From positions 1 through 48,957 of the forward strand of contig JAEOTA010000027.1 of the NCBI GenBank assembly GCA_016840085.1: DNA of 48,957 nucleotides, given 5' to 3'. A program made the position numbers and the translations under genes. The notes below the pieces were generated by a model. That model had not been told where the DNA came from. It saw only the letters and a program-made list of their open reading frames with translations, and ran no database searches. This DNA is from Promethearchaeota archaeon (lineage in GTDB: Archaea > Asgardarchaeota > Lokiarchaeia > Sigyniarchaeales > SOKP01). Position 1 is the stretch's first letter. Every line of letters starts with the position of its first letter. Below are positions 46,505 to 48,957 of the stretch, one piece after another.

Positions 46505-47695
46505 TTAATTCACCTCATTATATTTTTTTATTAAATCAGGAGGAGTTAGAGGAGATAATAATCTTAGTCTCTTAACAATATTCGGTAATTTCTCTAATAA
46601 TTCATTAATATCCTCTTCTTTTGTATAACGGCCTAATGTAATTGCCAACGATCCATGAGCTTCCATATGCAATAAACCCATAGCTATCAAAGTATGAGAA
46701 GGTTCTAATGTCTTCGATGAACATGCTGAACCGGTAGCAGCAGCTATGCCTTCATCTTTCAGACTAAGAATTAATGATTCACCCTCAATAAAATCGAATC
46801 TAAAATGAACATTATGAGGAAGTCTTTTTTCTGGATGACCATTTAAATATGAATTTGGAATAGTTTCTAATATCCCTTTTATTAACTTATCTCTTAAAAT
46901 CTGTAGTCTACTAGCTTCATCGTTAATTTCTCTCTTCATAATTTCAGCAGCTTTTCCAAAACCTACGATCCCTGGTACATTTTCAGAACCAGATCTCATT
47001 CCTCTTTCTTGACCTCCGCCAATGATAATTGGATTTATTCTAACACCTTTCTTCAAGTATAAAGCGCCAATTCCTCTTGGACCATAAATATCGTTTGAAG
47101 ATAATGTCAACATATCAACTGGAATTTCTTGAACATCTATAGGTATAACACTTTCGCTAGCAACAGCATCAGTGTGAAAGAGAATTTTGTGTTTAACAGC
47201 AATTTCGCTTATTTCCTTTATTGGTTGAATAGAACCAACTTCATTACTTGCAGTAGCAATCGATATTAAAATTGTTTTATCAGTAATTAGTCGTTCGAGC
47301 TTATCGAGCCTTATAATTCCATATTGATTTACTGGAACTCTACTAACATTAAAGCCTTGTCGTTCTAAATACTTAGCAATATTTAAAATTGAAATATGCT
47401 CTATCTCGGAAATTATTATATGATCACCCTTTTTCCTATATCTCATTGCAGTGCCTATTAATGCTAAATTATTCGATTCAGTTGCTCCTGATGTGAAGAT
47501 TATAGAATCTGGATCTGGGGCATTAATAAATTCTGCAATTTTGCGCCGATATTTCATTAAAGCATCAGTAGCATCATCGCCATCACAGTGGAGAGATGCC
47601 GGGTTGGCAAATTTCTGATTTAAATAAATTGTCATTTCTGAAATAGCTCTCACATCAACAGGTTTTGCTGCCTGATAATCCAAATAAACACTCAT
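46505..47695 (-). CDS. iscS: Cysteine desulfurase (class I, IscS/NifS-like)
   Basis: YLDYQA, FTSGATESNN, EH, HTDAV, GGGQERG.RSGSEN, GSACSS; the PLP-lysine position reads SSNDIYGP rather than S.HK.YGP. Confidence 0.88.
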   Translation of the reverse strand: MSVYLDYQAAKPVDVRAISEMTIYLNQKFANPASLHCDGDDATDALMKYRRKIAEFINAPDPDSIIFTSGATESNNLALIGTAMRYRKKGDHIIISEIEHISILNIAKYLERQGFNVSRVPVNQYGIIRLDKLERLITDKTILISIATASNEVGSIQPIKEISEIAVKHKILFHTDAVASESVIPIDVQEIPVDMLTLSSNDIYGPRGIGALYLKKGVRINPIIIGGGQERGMRSGSENVPGIVGFGKAAEIMKREINDEASRLQILRDKLIKGILETIPNSYLNGHPEKRLPHNVHFRFDFIEGESLILSLKDEGIAAATGSACSSKTLEPSHTLIAMGLLHMEAHGSLAITLGRYTKEEDINELLEKLPNIVKRLRLLSPLTPPDLIKKYNEVN

Positions 47696-47750
47696 TCATT
47701 TAATCCTCCTTTATAATTAAAATTTTATTAGTCATAATTAAAATTAATAT

Positions 47751-48122
47751 CTAAAACCATTGTGTAGCGTCAACATCTAAAACTAAATCATTTAAAGTCG
47801 CTGCTCCTACAATTTTAACCCCTGGAATGAGATCCACTTTTTCCAATCCCAACATTCGCTTTGAAGCTTCACATACTAAAATTTCAACACCCATATCTAA
47901 AGCTTTATCAATCATCTCTTTCACGCTAGGAAAATTTCCTAGTTTTATTTTCTCAGCTTCACCAGGTTTTAAAATTCTTAAACCTGTTCCCAGATAATAA
48001 ACAATTGCTTTAATATCCATTGCTTTTGCAGTTTGAGCTAAAACAAGTGGACTATATTGTTTTTCTGGAGCATCAGTTGTTTGTACATATAAAATTTGTT
48101 TTTGTTCTGACAATTTTATCAT
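47751..48122 (-). CDS. DsrE/DsrF-like family protein
   Basis: YYLGTG...GVEILVCEAS...VKIVGAATL. Confidence 0.85.
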   Translation of the reverse strand: MIKLSEQKQILYVQTTDAPEKQYSPLVLAQTAKAMDIKAIVYYLGTGLRILKPGEAEKIKLGNFPSVKEMIDKALDMGVEILVCEASKRMLGLEKVDLIPGVKIVGAATLNDLVLDVDATQWF

Positions 48123-48128
48123 TCCTCC

Positions 48129-48383
48129 TTATTTAATTTTTTTAAAATAAAAAATTAATTCGTCTCTATCCTTTTGAAATTCAACTAATTGTGTATCAGT
48201 TCTTTTTGCCCAACGTTTTAAGTCTTCTTCAGCTGCGGGATCATCAGCGACTACCTTAAAACATTGCCCTATTTCAAGAGTTTCACTCAAATTTCTAACT
48301 TCAAATAAAGGCTCCGGACAAAAAAGCCCTCTAGTATCTAATTCCTCGTCATATTCAATTTTATTACTTTCTTTATCAGTCAA
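48129..48383 (-). CDS. tusA: Sulfur carrier TusA family protein
   Basis: LDTRGLFCPEP, ADDPAAEEDL..WA. Confidence 0.92.
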   Translation of the reverse strand: MTDKESNKIEYDEELDTRGLFCPEPLFEVRNLSETLEIGQCFKVVADDPAAEEDLKRWAKRTDTQLVEFQKDRDELIFYFKKIK

Positions 48384-48646
48384 AAGTACAACCTCCTTTT
48401 ATTTTTCCTTACAATTTCATTAATAGTATATTTTAGCATTTAATTTGATTACATTAGGTTCTGAATTATAAACGACCAGTAAGAAGTATAAATATTCTTA
48501 TTATAATTTAATCATATTCAAGAACAAACATAAAAAAGCTATAAATAAAAAGAAAAGAGATTTATAATTTATAAATCTCTTATAAAATCGAGCTTTAAAT
48601 AGTAATAAAATGCTTAAAAAATAAGTAGAAGCAAATTTTTTTCTTA

Positions 48647-48957
48647 TTATTTCATTCCAGCTAATTGCTTAATATGCTTAACTCCTTCCACAGCATCATC
48701 TGCAAAATCGTCTGCCCCTAATTTCTTTGCTAGTTCCATATTTAAAGGAGCTCCTCCCACAATTAATTTAACTTTATCTCTTAAACCAGCAGCTTGCAAA
48801 GCTTCATGAACTACTTTAATGTGTTCCACAGTCATCGTAAGAAGTGTGCTTAAAGCAATTATTTGTGCTCCGGATTCTCTTACTTTCTCCACAATTGTAT
48901 TCTCATCGACATCCATACCTAAATCATAAAGTTCAAATCCAGAGCTTAGTAATAAAG
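48647..48957 (-). CDS. Corrinoid (B12-binding) protein, methyltransferase-cognate type; 5' end beyond the window
   Basis: Frame open to the window end: LLLSSGFELYDLGMDV...ALSTLLT...LRDKVKLIVGGAP...GAD. Confidence 0.88.
   Translation of the reverse strand, partial: LLLSSGFELYDLGMDVDENTIVEKVRESGAQIIALSTLLTMTVEHIKVVHEALQAAGLRDKVKLIVGGAPLNMELAKKLGADDFADDAVEGVKHIKQLAGMK

Noticed and set aside
23088-48383. Selenoprotein (in-frame TGA) among the redox genes, since Lokiarchaeia encode Sec
   Set aside because: All redox motifs use Cys codons; TGA-terminated ORFs (23088, 24019, 33547) end at natural C-termini with no convincing continuation; no SECIS recognised
1-48957. CRISPR array, tRNA/rRNA genes, transposase or integrase
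   Set aside because: No regularly spaced repeats, GC-rich structured RNA-like segments or recombinase motifs were seen by eye

Overview
AT-rich archaeal chromosome segment, most consistent with an Asgard archaeon of the Lokiarchaeia/Promethearchaeota type. Indicators are an archaeal-type AlaRS with an N-terminal Zn ribbon, DtdA, a TFB remnant, GGTGA/GGAGG ribosome-binding sites with frequent TTG/GTG starts, a Rag/Arf-like small GTPase and a longin-like domain. (i) 1-9 kb is a plastic region: a tandem-duplicated PNPOx-like/GNAT cassette, a diverged truncated second copy of alaS, a radical SAM gene, TFB and AOR remnants, and intact alaS. (ii) 9-16.8 kb holds housekeeping genes and three Cys-tailed Lrp/AsnC paralogues. 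(iii) 17-21.9 kb is a co-oriented ArsR / small GTPase / MASE3-PAS histidine kinase / response regulator cluster. The regulator's output domain resembles a eukaryotic uDENN/longin (C9orf72/SMCR8/FLCN/NPRL2-like) domain with an Arg at the GAP arginine-finger position. This is the best candidate for an undescribed system: two-component phosphorelay controlling a eukaryote-like GTPase switch. (iv) 23-48.4 kb is a large O2/ROS-defence, thiol-redox and sulfur-relay island (TrxR, 2 PDOs, FTR+Grx, Isf, NROR, rubredoxins, FprA, Dfx, Rbr, CoADR-Rhd-TusA-Rhd, 2 CCG proteins, IscS, IscU fused to a degenerate TrxR domain, DsrE, TusA), ending in a partial corrinoid protein gene. No rRNA, tRNA, CRISPR or transposase was recognised. 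All calls are by-eye motif recognition; no database searches were run.
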